A stretch of DNA of 52,288 nucleotides from the sequence record MN122072, one strand, 5' to 3'. The position numbers and the translations under genes were made by a program. Under the pieces are notes generated by a model. The model was given only the letters and a program-made list of their open reading frames with translations. It had not been told where the DNA came from and did not search any database. Of this stretch, positions 19,350-29,170 are shown one piece after another. This DNA is from Escherichia phage vB_EcoM_Bp10. Within the stretch, counting starts at the first letter, position 1, and each line of letters opens with the position of its first letter.

Positions 19350-19368
19350 ACATTAGTTGAATATGTAT
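19344..19368 (+). promoter_or_regulatory. copy of conserved motif ACATTAGTTG(G/A)AT(G/A)TG, candidate phage promoter
   Basis: ccttttACATTAGTTGaATaTGtat; one of seven dispersed copies, all in + orientation in intergenic DNA. Confidence 0.4.
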
Positions 19369-19390
19369 TAATTTCAATAGGTATATCGCA

Positions 19391-20500
19391 ATGCCGTGGC
19401 TACGCAGAGTTGAAGTAATAGTTTCACGTAAAGAAGACCCAAGCATTCGAACAGTATTTAAATCACATCGTATTGATTTTGAAGTCCGTTCTACTGTTGG
19501 GTGGCCCGCCGATACAGCAAACATAACTCTGTTTAACTTGTCGTTAGAAGAAGTTAAGTTCCTCCAGGACAAGTCCTACGGAGATATGTATATTGAAATT
19601 CGTGCAGGGTATGCAGAAGATGAACGTTCAGACTCTAGTGGCGGGACTTCTAGTGGCGGTGTTAAGAAGTTTGGCCAGAAGGCTGAACAGAGTGACCGCG
19701 TAACAGTGTCTACATCACTACCAACCATCTTCTCCGGAATTATTACAAACGCAGTTGGCTATAGAAAGCCTCCTGAACATGTAACACAGTTGTTTTGTAT
19801 TTCCAAGGCATATGGTGCATCCACTGATTTCAAACAGTTGACCGCAATCAAGCCTGGAACCAAACTCATTGATGCAATGCGCTCAATGTGTTCCGACTAT
19901 GGGTTCAATACCATCTCTACATTTGGTGTTGAAGATTCGGTCCTTGAAACAGTGATGCCTCGTGGGCGTGTGTTCCATGACACGTTCTTAAACGAATTTC
20001 GTAACATGCTTGGCGAATACAATTTGTTATACACTGTTACAACTGGTGAAGTGCAAATCTTCCCAGATACCTTTGGTGATAAAGATGCTGTAAACAGAAT
20101 GTCTAAAGACAGAGAGCCAGTCCAGCTAGATGAAGACTCTGTTATTGGCAACCCTGTTGCTGGAATCTGCACCTACACTTTAAATACATTCCTAAACCCA
20201 TCTTTCCAACCAGGTATGATTCTTGATGTATCTCCTTTGCTCGGTAAGAAGTTGCTTGCTAACGGTGTAACTTCTGTCAATGGTGAAGGTATTGTTCTTA
20301 ACACTGACCAGTCTGTATTCCGGTGGGCTGTTGAGGACAAATACTTTATCATGGAAGTTGTGCATAAAGGTTCGACTCACACAACCACTTATCAAACATC
20401 AATCACTGCAATCTTGGGTGGTAATACGATGATGGGTGGTAAGGAAGCTGCGTGGCAGGAAATGTATGCTAACAGTGGAATGGCAATGGAGTCATTTTAA
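19391..20500 (+). CDS. tail / baseplate protein (candidate)
   Basis: 369 aa directly after the tape measure; assigned by position only. Confidence 0.45.
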   Translation: MPWLRRVEVIVSRKEDPSIRTVFKSHRIDFEVRSTVGWPADTANITLFNLSLEEVKFLQDKSYGDMYIEIRAGYAEDERSDSSGGTSSGGVKKFGQKAEQSDRVTVSTSLPTIFSGIITNAVGYRKPPEHVTQLFCISKAYGASTDFKQLTAIKPGTKLIDAMRSMCSDYGFNTISTFGVEDSVLETVMPRGRVFHDTFLNEFRNMLGEYNLLYTVTTGEVQIFPDTFGDKDAVNRMSKDREPVQLDEDSVIGNPVAGICTYTLNTFLNPSFQPGMILDVSPLLGKKLLANGVTSVNGEGIVLNTDQSVFRWAVEDKYFIMEVVHKGSTHTTTYQTSITAILGGNTMMGGKEAAWQEMYANSGMAMESF

Positions 20501-21387
20501 TGTCTATCTTTGATACCGACCTCATTGGTGGTGTGTCCTCTGGCTTGAAGAATTTCAGTTATGGGCATCATCCATCTATTGTTATGTGGTCCAATGGACC
20601 TGCATCTCAGAAGGAAGAAGAGTCAGGACTGTTTGGTGGGTTTGCGAAATCTCTTGAGAGCTTGCCTATTGTTGGTGAATCTGCCGTAGAAAGTTTTAAC
20701 TCTTTTAAATTCGATGCTATGGTTAGTGAAGAGCACGCATCGGAAACAACTGTAACCAAGTTCCCTGTCAGTTCTGGGTTCCTGGTTAGCGACCATGTTA
20801 TTAATCAGAACAGGGTACTTAAGTTAACCGCTGTTGCTGTCAACATGCAGAACTCCTCCATGTGGACTGCATCTGTACAAGGTTTGTCCGTTGCTTCTGG
20901 TGCAATCTTCAATAGCCCGATTATCCCAATTCTTGGTGGCATTGCTGGTGGCGTTGCTTCTGCATTTGAAACAAGCAACCGAATCCAGTCTACCTACGAT
21001 TTGTTTAACAGCTTCCGTGTTACGGGGCAGAAGTTATACATCTCCACCATTCTGGGGCCTTATTTGAATTGCGTAGTAACCTCAATCAAAACCAAACATG
21101 ATAAAATGTCTTCTGCAATGTTGGCAGTTGAAATTATGTTTGAGGAATTGCAGACAGTTGATGAAGATGCTCTTGCCAGCGAAGCTCGTAAAGCAATGGA
21201 ATCAATGTCCGACTACTCTGAATTTGCAAAGGTTGCTCAAAGTTTGGGGATGGGTGTTCTTGGAGGTGTTCCGCTTCCTGGACTTGGTGCTCTTGGCACT
21301 CTTCCGACCAAACAGTTATCTAACTTGAAAGGTAAGTTAAGTAAACTGGCTTCTCCACTTTCTTCCATCAAGGGGCGTATCCTATGA
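20500..21387 (+). CDS. baseplate structural protein (candidate)
   Basis: Overlapping stop-start (TAATG) with the upstream gene; within the baseplate block. Confidence 0.4.
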   Translation: MSIFDTDLIGGVSSGLKNFSYGHHPSIVMWSNGPASQKEEESGLFGGFAKSLESLPIVGESAVESFNSFKFDAMVSEEHASETTVTKFPVSSGFLVSDHVINQNRVLKLTAVAVNMQNSSMWTASVQGLSVASGAIFNSPIIPILGGIAGGVASAFETSNRIQSTYDLFNSFRVTGQKLYISTILGPYLNCVVTSIKTKHDKMSSAMLAVEIMFEELQTVDEDALASEARKAMESMSDYSEFAKVAQSLGMGVLGGVPLPGLGALGTLPTKQLSNLKGKLSKLASPLSSIKGRIL

Positions 21388-21746
21388 TTGAGCAGGAACA
21401 TCAAGCTCTAAAGCAAATTGCCGAACTTCTGCCAACCGGATATGTGAAGAGTGTGCCTTACAGCATAAGGAAGGATGTATCGTTTGAGTTTAATGGTGTG
21501 ACGGTTAAAATGTCCGCACTGTACTTAAACGAACCTTTAAACTGTTACATGTTTGACTTGGCGTGGGGAGCTACGAATAAAATATTCGGAATCCCTATTC
21601 GATGCGGTATTGATATTCTTAAGCAATACAAGACTCCGCTCCCAAACATGTATGCAGCTAACACAGTATTCCCTGGTGAAGAAATAACAAGCTACCGACA
21701 ACTCTACCTGTTCATTATTGACGAGAGTGTACTCGAACGTGGCTAG
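21384..21746 (+). CDS. hypothetical baseplate-associated protein
   Basis: Small ORF with overlapping start in the baseplate block. Confidence 0.4.
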   Translation: MIEQEHQALKQIAELLPTGYVKSVPYSIRKDVSFEFNGVTVKMSALYLNEPLNCYMFDLAWGATNKIFGIPIRCGIDILKQYKTPLPNMYAANTVFPGEEITSYRQLYLFIIDESVLERG

Positions 21747-22533
21747 TCATAACAATAACCAAAATGCCCCTGACATTAACACAAGTTATCCAGGGCATAT
21801 TTACAACTTCGATGCAGCAACCCAAACTTGTGAGGTCCAGCTTGCAATCGAAAACCTGTTTGTGGGTTATGCCGAAGCCTACACCTTGCAGCCAAAACAA
21901 AGGTTGCAGGGTGTCCCTGTTCAGTTTATTCAGGGAGGCGGTTGGAGTTTAACTCATCCGGTTCCAGACGGAACTCCATGCTACGTCCATTTCTCCCAGC
22001 GAGGAATAGACCATTGGTTGTCGGAGAACAAGAGTAGTGCTGGCTTAGTAAACGGGCGACCTGCCCCAGAGTTCAGCCAACTGTTCTCCCATAATGCTGC
22101 CGTATGTACTATCGGGACTCAACCTTTGACCAAAGTTATTCCAGGATTTAATGGTGGAGTAACAGAACTGCGCAACGCAGACAGGAGCCAAAGACTAACA
22201 CTGCATGGTGATGGTTTAATTGAAATCATTACTGGTGCTGCGAAGATTCAAATCACAAAAGATTCGGAGATTCTGGTTGAAGTTACGTCGCAAGCTACAG
22301 TTAAAGCGCCGCAGATTACATTGGATGGCGATACGACCGTTACAAAATCTTTAACAGTGTTAGGTGGCATGGCTGTATCTGGGACCAAAGATGGCTCTAC
22401 TGCAACGTTCACTGGTGACTTCAAGATGGACGGCAACATGGTTCAAACTGGCTCCCTCACTCTTAATGGTATTAAGGTTGATGGTCATACTCACACTAAC
22501 CCAGAAGGCGGCGATGTTGGGCCGATGAAATAA
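21718..22533 (+). CDS. baseplate central spike protein (gpV-like candidate)
   Basis: C-terminus GDFKMDGNMVQTGSLTLNGIKVDGHTHTNPEGGDVGP resembles spike tips with a His-x-His metal site. Confidence 0.5.
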   Translation: MTRVYSNVASHNNNQNAPDINTSYPGHIYNFDAATQTCEVQLAIENLFVGYAEAYTLQPKQRLQGVPVQFIQGGGWSLTHPVPDGTPCYVHFSQRGIDHWLSENKSSAGLVNGRPAPEFSQLFSHNAAVCTIGTQPLTKVIPGFNGGVTELRNADRSQRLTLHGDGLIEIITGAAKIQITKDSEILVEVTSQATVKAPQITLDGDTTVTKSLTVLGGMAVSGTKDGSTATFTGDFKMDGNMVQTGSLTLNGIKVDGHTHTNPEGGDVGPMK

Positions 22534-22904
22534 TGGCTGGAAATTTAGCTCTTGATTCAAACCACGACATTATTATCGGTCGTGGAACAACTCGTATTTC
22601 AGGTGCTGCTCAAGTCGCTCAATTGGTTAAGTGCAGATTGCTGACAATCTTCGGAGAATGGAAGCTCGACAATTCGTTGGGCTTACCGTGGTTCGAGGCA
22701 ATCTTCACAAAGCAAGTGCGTCCCTCGGATATTGAGGCGGCAATAGCCAACATTATTCGTGGAACTGCTGGTGTTCAGCAACTTATATCCATAGATATTG
22801 ATGCAGACTACCGAGCAAGAAGCCTTGGAATCTCCTTTACTGCATTGTCTGATTATGGCAACATCACGGAATTCTTAACATGGCAACAATCAAATACGGC
22901 GTAA
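22533..22904 (+). CDS. baseplate wedge protein (gpW/gp25-like candidate)
   Basis: About 120 aa immediately upstream of a baseplate-J-like gene. Confidence 0.45.
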   Translation: MAGNLALDSNHDIIIGRGTTRISGAAQVAQLVKCRLLTIFGEWKLDNSLGLPWFEAIFTKQVRPSDIEAAIANIIRGTAGVQQLISIDIDADYRARSLGISFTALSDYGNITEFLTWQQSNTA

Positions 22905-24037
22905 CAGAGAACGGTTTTGTTCGCAAGCCTGTGGCCGACGTTGTATCAAATCTTAATAACAAATTCATTGCTGCATTTGGTTCCAACTTTGATATAAGTC
23001 CGGAATCTCCTGACGGGCAATATATTGGAATTATGGCCGATGAAATCGCCTCGTGCTGGGAACAGGCTGAACAAGTATTTAACGCATTCCGTCCAGGTGC
23101 TGTATCAGGAATTGGACTAGACAACGTTTGCGAACTAACAAATACTGTTCGATATGTTGACAAGCCTTCTCAAGCAACTGTCTTGTGCGATGGTGATATG
23201 GGAACTACTGTTCCTGCTGGTTCTATCGTAACGGATGGCACCATGCGCTTTATTCTCGACACAGATGTAACACTTCCAGGTGACGTAACTGTTATTGCAG
23301 AAGAGCCTGGTGAGTATTATGTTGCACCGAGAACAATCAACCAAATCGTAACTCCTGTTGCCGGATGGAATTCCGTAATTAACGAAACAGTTGGCGAGAC
23401 TGGCATTAACTATGAATCAGACCCACAACTCCGAGCACGTCGAGAAAAGACTACGGCAGTCAGCAGCACAGCCACAGTCGAAGCCATCTATGCTTCACTC
23501 GCTGACCTCGATATTGATTACATTCGTGTTCGTGATAATGATACCGGCTCTCCTATTGGCAATCAGCCTTCGGGCACTATATTTGTTGTAGTTGATGGCG
23601 GTACGAGCAATGATATTGCACGTCGAATCTACAATGCCAAAACTGGCGGAGTTCCGACATATGGCGATATCACAATTACTGTAGCAGACTCGAAAGGCTA
23701 CCCACACGATATTCATTTCAGCCGACCAACTTACACTGACATTTATGTCAAAGGTACGTTCCGTCGTCGTGCAAATGCCAACATAAGTTCGAACGATGCT
23801 ATTCGTCAGCTTACAGATGCAACCATTGAATATCTCAACTCCCTGCAACCAGGGCAGAGTGTGGTATGGTCCAACATGTTCGCTCCCATTATGGCTGCAA
23901 CACAGTATCTTGAAATTGATTCGCTGTTTATTGGTATTGCACCAAACCCAACTGGCATAGCAACGATAGAGTTGGATATCGACAAACGTGCTCGCGGGGT
24001 TGCTGCTAACATAACTTACACTGATGTGACGGTATAA
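22880..24037 (+). CDS. baseplate J-like protein
   Basis: 385 aa between the small wedge protein and tail-fibre genes; assigned by size and position. Confidence 0.5.
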   Translation: MATIKYGVTENGFVRKPVADVVSNLNNKFIAAFGSNFDISPESPDGQYIGIMADEIASCWEQAEQVFNAFRPGAVSGIGLDNVCELTNTVRYVDKPSQATVLCDGDMGTTVPAGSIVTDGTMRFILDTDVTLPGDVTVIAEEPGEYYVAPRTINQIVTPVAGWNSVINETVGETGINYESDPQLRARREKTTAVSSTATVEAIYASLADLDIDYIRVRDNDTGSPIGNQPSGTIFVVVDGGTSNDIARRIYNAKTGGVPTYGDITITVADSKGYPHDIHFSRPTYTDIYVKGTFRRRANANISSNDAIRQLTDATIEYLNSLQPGQSVVWSNMFAPIMAATQYLEIDSLFIGIAPNPTGIATIELDIDKRARGVAANITYTDVTV

Positions 24038-24038
24038 T

Positions 24039-24680
24039 ATGGCTGGTAAACATGGCTTAGATATGCTGCTTTCACAGTATGCACTATCGCCAAACCTTCG
24101 TAAGTATATTTCAATCTTCTTAGAAGAGTTTGCAGAAGTTAAACAGGCCATGACTGACTCAGTTAAGTACAGATACTTAGCAGATTCGTTCGGAGTCATG
24201 GTTGACGACCTTGCGTATATTGTGGGAGCTTCTCGTGTAATACAAGGTGCTGCGGCACTTGGGTACTTTGGCTTCTACGCCAACCCAGGTGCATTTCCTG
24301 CTGGTGATGACAACGACCCAGGTATTGGTGGTATTCTGAAATCAGATTACGACAAAGACTCTGGGGACTTTGTTCGAACAGACGGGCAGTTAAAGGATGC
24401 AATACGTGCCCGAATCATCAAGATAACTGGCAACTGCACCATTGAACAGCTTATCATGTATATTGAATTGGTCGTAGGAAGGAAGCTGAAACTCCAAATC
24501 GTAGAAGGGTTTCAGACAATGGACTACATTATTCATGAGGAGTTGTCTGTGGCCGAGAGAGTTCTCATGGCCTATATGCTCCCGAACTTTAAGCCTGTTG
24601 GAGTTAAGATTACCCTAAGAGATGCTAAAGGTAACATTGCTCTGGTTTATGGTTCCAAAGATTATCCTCCGGAGAAATAA
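24039..24680 (+). CDS. baseplate / tail protein I-like (candidate)
   Basis: 213 aa between baseplate-J-like and the first tail fibre gene. Confidence 0.4.
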   Translation: MAGKHGLDMLLSQYALSPNLRKYISIFLEEFAEVKQAMTDSVKYRYLADSFGVMVDDLAYIVGASRVIQGAAALGYFGFYANPGAFPAGDDNDPGIGGILKSDYDKDSGDFVRTDGQLKDAIRARIIKITGNCTIEQLIMYIELVVGRKLKLQIVEGFQTMDYIIHEELSVAERVLMAYMLPNFKPVGVKITLRDAKGNIALVYGSKDYPPEK

Positions 24681-25828
24681 TGACTCAACGTCTTAAGTTT
24701 AATTTTCCCTGGGCGCAAGATGGTGAAGTTAAAGACCCGGACTTGGATACCACTGCGCCAAGTTTTATCGAAAACAGGTACGCCAATCTGGGCTGGGAAG
24801 CTGAAAAGCCTCCCAATGAGTGGCAGAACTTCTTATCTCAAATTAGCGATTTGAAGATTATATCCCTGCTGTTCAGTGGCATTGCTGAGTTTGATTCAAG
24901 TGTGACTTATCAAGTTGGTGCAGTATCTTCCCTCAATGGTGTTGTTCGTGTATATACACCAACAGGTTGGGAAGAGGTGATGGACCTCAAGAGGGTTGAC
25001 TATCTTAATGACGTCAGTAACTTGAAGTCCCTCTACGATAGTCACTTGGCTGCAACCAATCCACATAAAGAAACTGTGGACACCATCACAGACAAAACTT
25101 ATAGCAAAACTGATATAGATGATGCCTTTGGAAGCGCCACAGACCCAAGGACCATAGTGTATCATAAGCTACAAACTGGCCGTGTACACCAAGAAACTCC
25201 ACAACAACTTGGAACACTTCCAACATCTGGTGGTAAGTTTTCCGGTCCTGTGTCGCTGTTGGCTGGGATGAAGTTTGGGACAAACGTCACAATTCGAATG
25301 AACCCAGGAAATGGGAGAATTGAGATGCGTGCAGGTAACAGGGTTCTATCCATTGATGCACTTGGCAATGTTCTGTGGAGCATAGTTGGTGGCGAAGAGT
25401 ATCCGGTGATGACGGAACTGAATTATTCAGAATTCCAGATTCGCTGGGGAAACAGGTTCGCACTTCCTGTGCCATACCTTGACATGAACATCACCAAAAC
25501 CTTAAACGACGCATCCTCCGTAAATGGCTGGACTATTACAACATCTGCCCCTCCTGTTTTCCAATCTGTAGATGGTGGACTTAGGGTAGATAACAACACA
25601 GTAACTTTCGAAGGCTTTCAGGTTGCAGCACCAGGAACTTTTGTGGTTTATGCTATGGATGGTAAAGGCAAGAAGTTGCGAGCTGTGGTAGATGCTCCTA
25701 GTGGAAACTACACATCAATGAGCACACTTCTAACAAACCTAGGCCTTGCAAATGCAACGTATGTATCAAGGATTACATACTACCCAAGACTGACAGCCTA
25801 CAATAAATCAATGTTAGCGAGCGTATAA
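24680..25828 (+). CDS. tail fibre protein
   Basis: Contains ATNPHKETVDTI, a tail-fibre-repeat-like NPH(K)xT motif. Confidence 0.55.
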   Translation: MTQRLKFNFPWAQDGEVKDPDLDTTAPSFIENRYANLGWEAEKPPNEWQNFLSQISDLKIISLLFSGIAEFDSSVTYQVGAVSSLNGVVRVYTPTGWEEVMDLKRVDYLNDVSNLKSLYDSHLAATNPHKETVDTITDKTYSKTDIDDAFGSATDPRTIVYHKLQTGRVHQETPQQLGTLPTSGGKFSGPVSLLAGMKFGTNVTIRMNPGNGRIEMRAGNRVLSIDALGNVLWSIVGGEEYPVMTELNYSEFQIRWGNRFALPVPYLDMNITKTLNDASSVNGWTITTSAPPVFQSVDGGLRVDNNTVTFEGFQVAAPGTFVVYAMDGKGKKLRAVVDAPSGNYTSMSTLLTNLGLANATYVSRITYYPRLTAYNKSMLASV

Positions 25829-27202
25829 ATGGCGATTCGTCCTAAACTGAACCGAGTCTGGACTTCAAACAACTCTGTCGCAAGACGTGACCCAGGGGAT
25901 GAAAAATATCTCAAGGGTTGGGTTGCGGAGATTCCGACCTATCAGGTTCTTAACTACCTGCAATACAAGATTGACACCACAATGCTTGCACAAGCAGAAC
26001 GTGGAATCTTTGAGTGGGGCAGTGATGTAAGTTATGGCGTTGGTAGTTTGGCTTGGGACGAAACAAACAAAACGATTTATGTTTGTACTGTCGCCAACCC
26101 CAACAAAACCTTACGCCCAAGTGCAAACTCTGCACAGTGGAGTCCAAGCTCCATTCAAGTTTCTCGTGCGAATTACGACTCAATTGTTGCAGCAATCAAT
26201 GCACACATTGCAGACGTAACCACAAACCCGCACAAGGTAACTGCTGCACAAATTGGTGCATACAACAAGTCTGAACTTGACGCGATTGTGGCCAACTATC
26301 GTGCAATGGTTCAAGCGCACGTAACGGATTACAACAATCCACACAAACTTACTGCGGTCCAAGTTGGTGCTGTCCCTGCGGCTGGTGGTGCATACACTGG
26401 TGAAGTTACCTTCACAACCGTGTTTCTGAATGATTCCAAGACTGCCCAGATTGTTAACGACGGTGGATTGTATCTTCGCAATGGAAGCTACTATCTTGGA
26501 ATCAACGGGGCCACAGGAAATGCAGAAGTCGGAACAGCTTCAAGCAAGTCCCCTGTCGTAACTGACTTAACATTCCCGACACTCAAAGTTGCAACTGAAC
26601 CTGAGTATGCAGTGCCGGAACCAATTGTTAACATGCCCCTTATTGGCAGCATCAACCTGCGAGCCGGGATTGGTAAAGTCAACAGCAGTGCCAACGAGCC
26701 AGTATATGCACCGCAGTTTGGTAATGCACTATTAGTAAGACATGGTGCTGCTTTTGGGATACGCGGCACTGAAGAGGTACTGGCAGGTGGTAGACAAGCG
26801 ACACTTGCCATTGACACCATATTCTCCGGTACTCCGATTGGAGGTAATTGGTTGTGGGACTTTGGTCTTGGTTGGTTTACAATTCTTGTAACACCCAACA
26901 GGGATGTCCGGTGTGAGATTAAAGGGACAGGAACTGTTGCAGTATCTAATGGTGTAACCTTGCCGATGAACGAGTGGGTTCGCATTGTTGCTACATACAA
27001 TGCGGCAACAGGGAGGGTTTGTCTGTACATCAATGGCGTAAAAGCATTCGACCTTACCCCAAGTAACCTCCCAACAACAGGATTTAGGGAGGGGACTATC
27101 TATAATTCGGTATCAGCATCATATCCTAACATCTCCACATACTTGCGAAACTTCCGAATATGGTCTGACGAGTTAACAGACAAACAAGTTTCAACCTTAT
27201 AG
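25829..27202 (+). CDS. tail fibre protein with NPHK-VT-AxQ(I/V)GA repeats
   Basis: Two clear repeats TTNPHKVTAAQIGAYNKSELD and YNNPHKLTAVQVGAVPAAGG. Confidence 0.6.
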   Translation: MAIRPKLNRVWTSNNSVARRDPGDEKYLKGWVAEIPTYQVLNYLQYKIDTTMLAQAERGIFEWGSDVSYGVGSLAWDETNKTIYVCTVANPNKTLRPSANSAQWSPSSIQVSRANYDSIVAAINAHIADVTTNPHKVTAAQIGAYNKSELDAIVANYRAMVQAHVTDYNNPHKLTAVQVGAVPAAGGAYTGEVTFTTVFLNDSKTAQIVNDGGLYLRNGSYYLGINGATGNAEVGTASSKSPVVTDLTFPTLKVATEPEYAVPEPIVNMPLIGSINLRAGIGKVNSSANEPVYAPQFGNALLVRHGAAFGIRGTEEVLAGGRQATLAIDTIFSGTPIGGNWLWDFGLGWFTILVTPNRDVRCEIKGTGTVAVSNGVTLPMNEWVRIVATYNAATGRVCLYINGVKAFDLTPSNLPTTGFREGTIYNSVSASYPNISTYLRNFRIWSDELTDKQVSTL

Positions 27203-27211
27203 GAATTAAAA

Positions 27212-28249
27212 ATGGCTAAAGGTTATTCTTTAGATGCGTTGGTTAGTGAGCACTACATGAAGTCTCGAGTTGCACTAGGGACAACAAACTTAGACACATA
27301 TACCGGTATGGACAATATCGGTGTGTTCTACCAATACTCAAATGCCAACGCAACAAGTGAAAATGGGTATCCGGCAGGTGCACAAGCAGGTTCCCTAGAA
27401 GTTCTTCCCCACAACGCCAACAAAGATGGTCATGTGCTGCAAAGGTACACAAACTATGCAGATAAACGTATGTGGGTAAGAAGCCAGTCTGGTAACCAAA
27501 GTTATGATGGCTTCTACGAGTGGACTGAGTTCGTTAACATGAACAACATCTACAATGCCATCTACCCAATCGGCATTGTATTGCAGTTTGATAATGCCAC
27601 CAACCCGAACAACGTGTTCACCGGTACTGTGTGGGAACAAATCACCGATGGTCGAGCCGCCCGTGCTGCGACTGGTCCGGAGGCTGGCACGGCTGACGGT
27701 AAGATTGGTTCTGTAGCTGGGTCTGATACCGCCGCCATTGCTGTGGCTAACCTACCAGGCCACACACACGGAATGCAAAACCACACTCACGGTATTGCAG
27801 CCCACTCCCACACGATGTCCCACACCCACACCATCAACCACGACCACGGTGCAGTTGCATCAAGTTCATCTGGTGGACACCATCATAGCGTAAGCGGAAG
27901 TACATCATCTGCTGGGGACCACACGCACTCAATAGGTGGTGGTGTATCTGTTTCTGCTGGTAGTGGTAAAACCATTAACCAGGACCACAGTGGTGTAAAC
28001 ACCCGTTCTGCTGGTGCTCACACACACTCAATAAGTGGGTCCACTAACTGGACTGGCGACCATACACACACTGTGGACCTCCCAAACTTCACAGGTACAA
28101 GTGGTGGCTCTAGCGCAGGTAGCACTGGTGGCACTGCACTGACCACTGGGGGTCCTAGCAATAACGAAACAACCTCCACTGGTGGCGGAACTGCACTCAA
28201 TGTGCGTAACTCTTCACACTATTATGCCTTCTGGAAACGGACGGCTTAA
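27212..28249 (+). CDS. tail fibre distal protein with His-x-His repeats and Gly/Ser/Thr-rich tip
   Basis: Run of HTHG, HTHG, HSHT, HTHT, HDHG, HHHS, HTHS, HTHS, HTHT motifs, then a Gly/Ser/Thr-rich C-terminus. Confidence 0.6.
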   Translation: MAKGYSLDALVSEHYMKSRVALGTTNLDTYTGMDNIGVFYQYSNANATSENGYPAGAQAGSLEVLPHNANKDGHVLQRYTNYADKRMWVRSQSGNQSYDGFYEWTEFVNMNNIYNAIYPIGIVLQFDNATNPNNVFTGTVWEQITDGRAARAATGPEAGTADGKIGSVAGSDTAAIAVANLPGHTHGMQNHTHGIAAHSHTMSHTHTINHDHGAVASSSSGGHHHSVSGSTSSAGDHTHSIGGGVSVSAGSGKTINQDHSGVNTRSAGAHTHSISGSTNWTGDHTHTVDLPNFTGTSGGSSAGSTGGTALTTGGPSNNETTSTGGGTALNVRNSSHYYAFWKRTA

Positions 28250-28256
28250 GGAAACA

Positions 28257-28598
28257 ATGGAACGATTATCCATTCAGATGTTTGTGGACCTGATGCACCA
28301 ATACGGCGTATGGCACGGGCTATTGGCTGGTCTGACGGCCTTAATCCGTGGGGCATATGAAAGTGAAGGCTTAAGCAAGGCGCTGCTAGATGCGGCGCTG
28401 TGCAGCTTAATCGGCTTGTTTGCCTTTCATGTTGCTGGCACATTTGAAACCTTCACGACTAACGTCACTATGCAGTTAGTATTGGCTATCGTGATTGGTG
28501 TCATCGGTGCAAACCTCATTATCACAACTGTCAGGGAAAGTTTCTCTGGCGCAATCAAACAACTTAACCCTTTAACGTGGTTCAAGAAGGCACGATGA
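28257..28598 (+). CDS. holin (lambda S-like, three TM segments)
   Basis: Three hydrophobic segments and a charged C-terminus; LIRGAYESEGLSKALLDAALCSLIGLFAF resembles lambda S; directly upstream of a lysin. Start at ATG 28257; ORF track starts at 28182. Confidence 0.65.
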   Translation: MERLSIQMFVDLMHQYGVWHGLLAGLTALIRGAYESEGLSKALLDAALCSLIGLFAFHVAGTFETFTTNVTMQLVLAIVIGVIGANLIITTVRESFSGAIKQLNPLTWFKKAR

Positions 28599-28615
28599 AA
28601 TGATAAGGAACTCGA

Positions 28616-29170
28616 ATGCTATCATTCAAAGTTCTTGCACTTCTGACAGCTCTAGTTCACATCAACGCCCCAGCTTCGGTTGGGGCAGTGAATTCTGCTA
28701 TTACAGATTTTGCAAGTCATTCTTATTTAAATGGAAGTCTGAAACTATCTTCTTCACAACGCAAAGAGCTAGAATGCTACACTAAAGTTATCTGGTATGA
28801 AGCTCGCGGAGAAGACAAACATGGAAAGATTCTGGTAGCTAATGTCGTCCGTAATAGAACCAAGTTCGGGAAGCCATTCGCTAACACCGTTTGTGATGTT
28901 GTCTATCAACGCAATCAATTTGCATGGACAAGAGAAGCAAAGAAGAAGAATGCTCAATGGAAGCATGTAGCAAAGATTAATTATGCCACAGAACAACAAC
29001 AAGTTCTGGACACCATTAATGTTGCAATCTCTTTTGTATTATTTAATCAACCCTCTGTCACCAAAGCAACCCACTTTTGTACAGCATCGGAGAAGTGCAA
29101 CTTCAAGAATGTCAAAGGTTTGGGACGTTACGGTGGCCACAAATTCTATGAGTATCTAGGAAATCTGTAA
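28616..29170 (+). CDS. secreted cell-wall hydrolase, SleB/CwlJ family (endolysin candidate)
   Basis: N-terminal signal-like [24 protein letters not shown]; core VIWYEARGE...VVRNR...QFAW matches the Hydrolase_2 signature. Confidence 0.7.
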   Translation: MLSFKVLALLTALVHINAPASVGAVNSAITDFASHSYLNGSLKLSSSQRKELECYTKVIWYEARGEDKHGKILVANVVRNRTKFGKPFANTVCDVVYQRNQFAWTREAKKKNAQWKHVAKINYATEQQQVLDTINVAISFVLFNQPSVTKATHFCTASEKCNFKNVKGLGRYGGHKFYEYLGNL

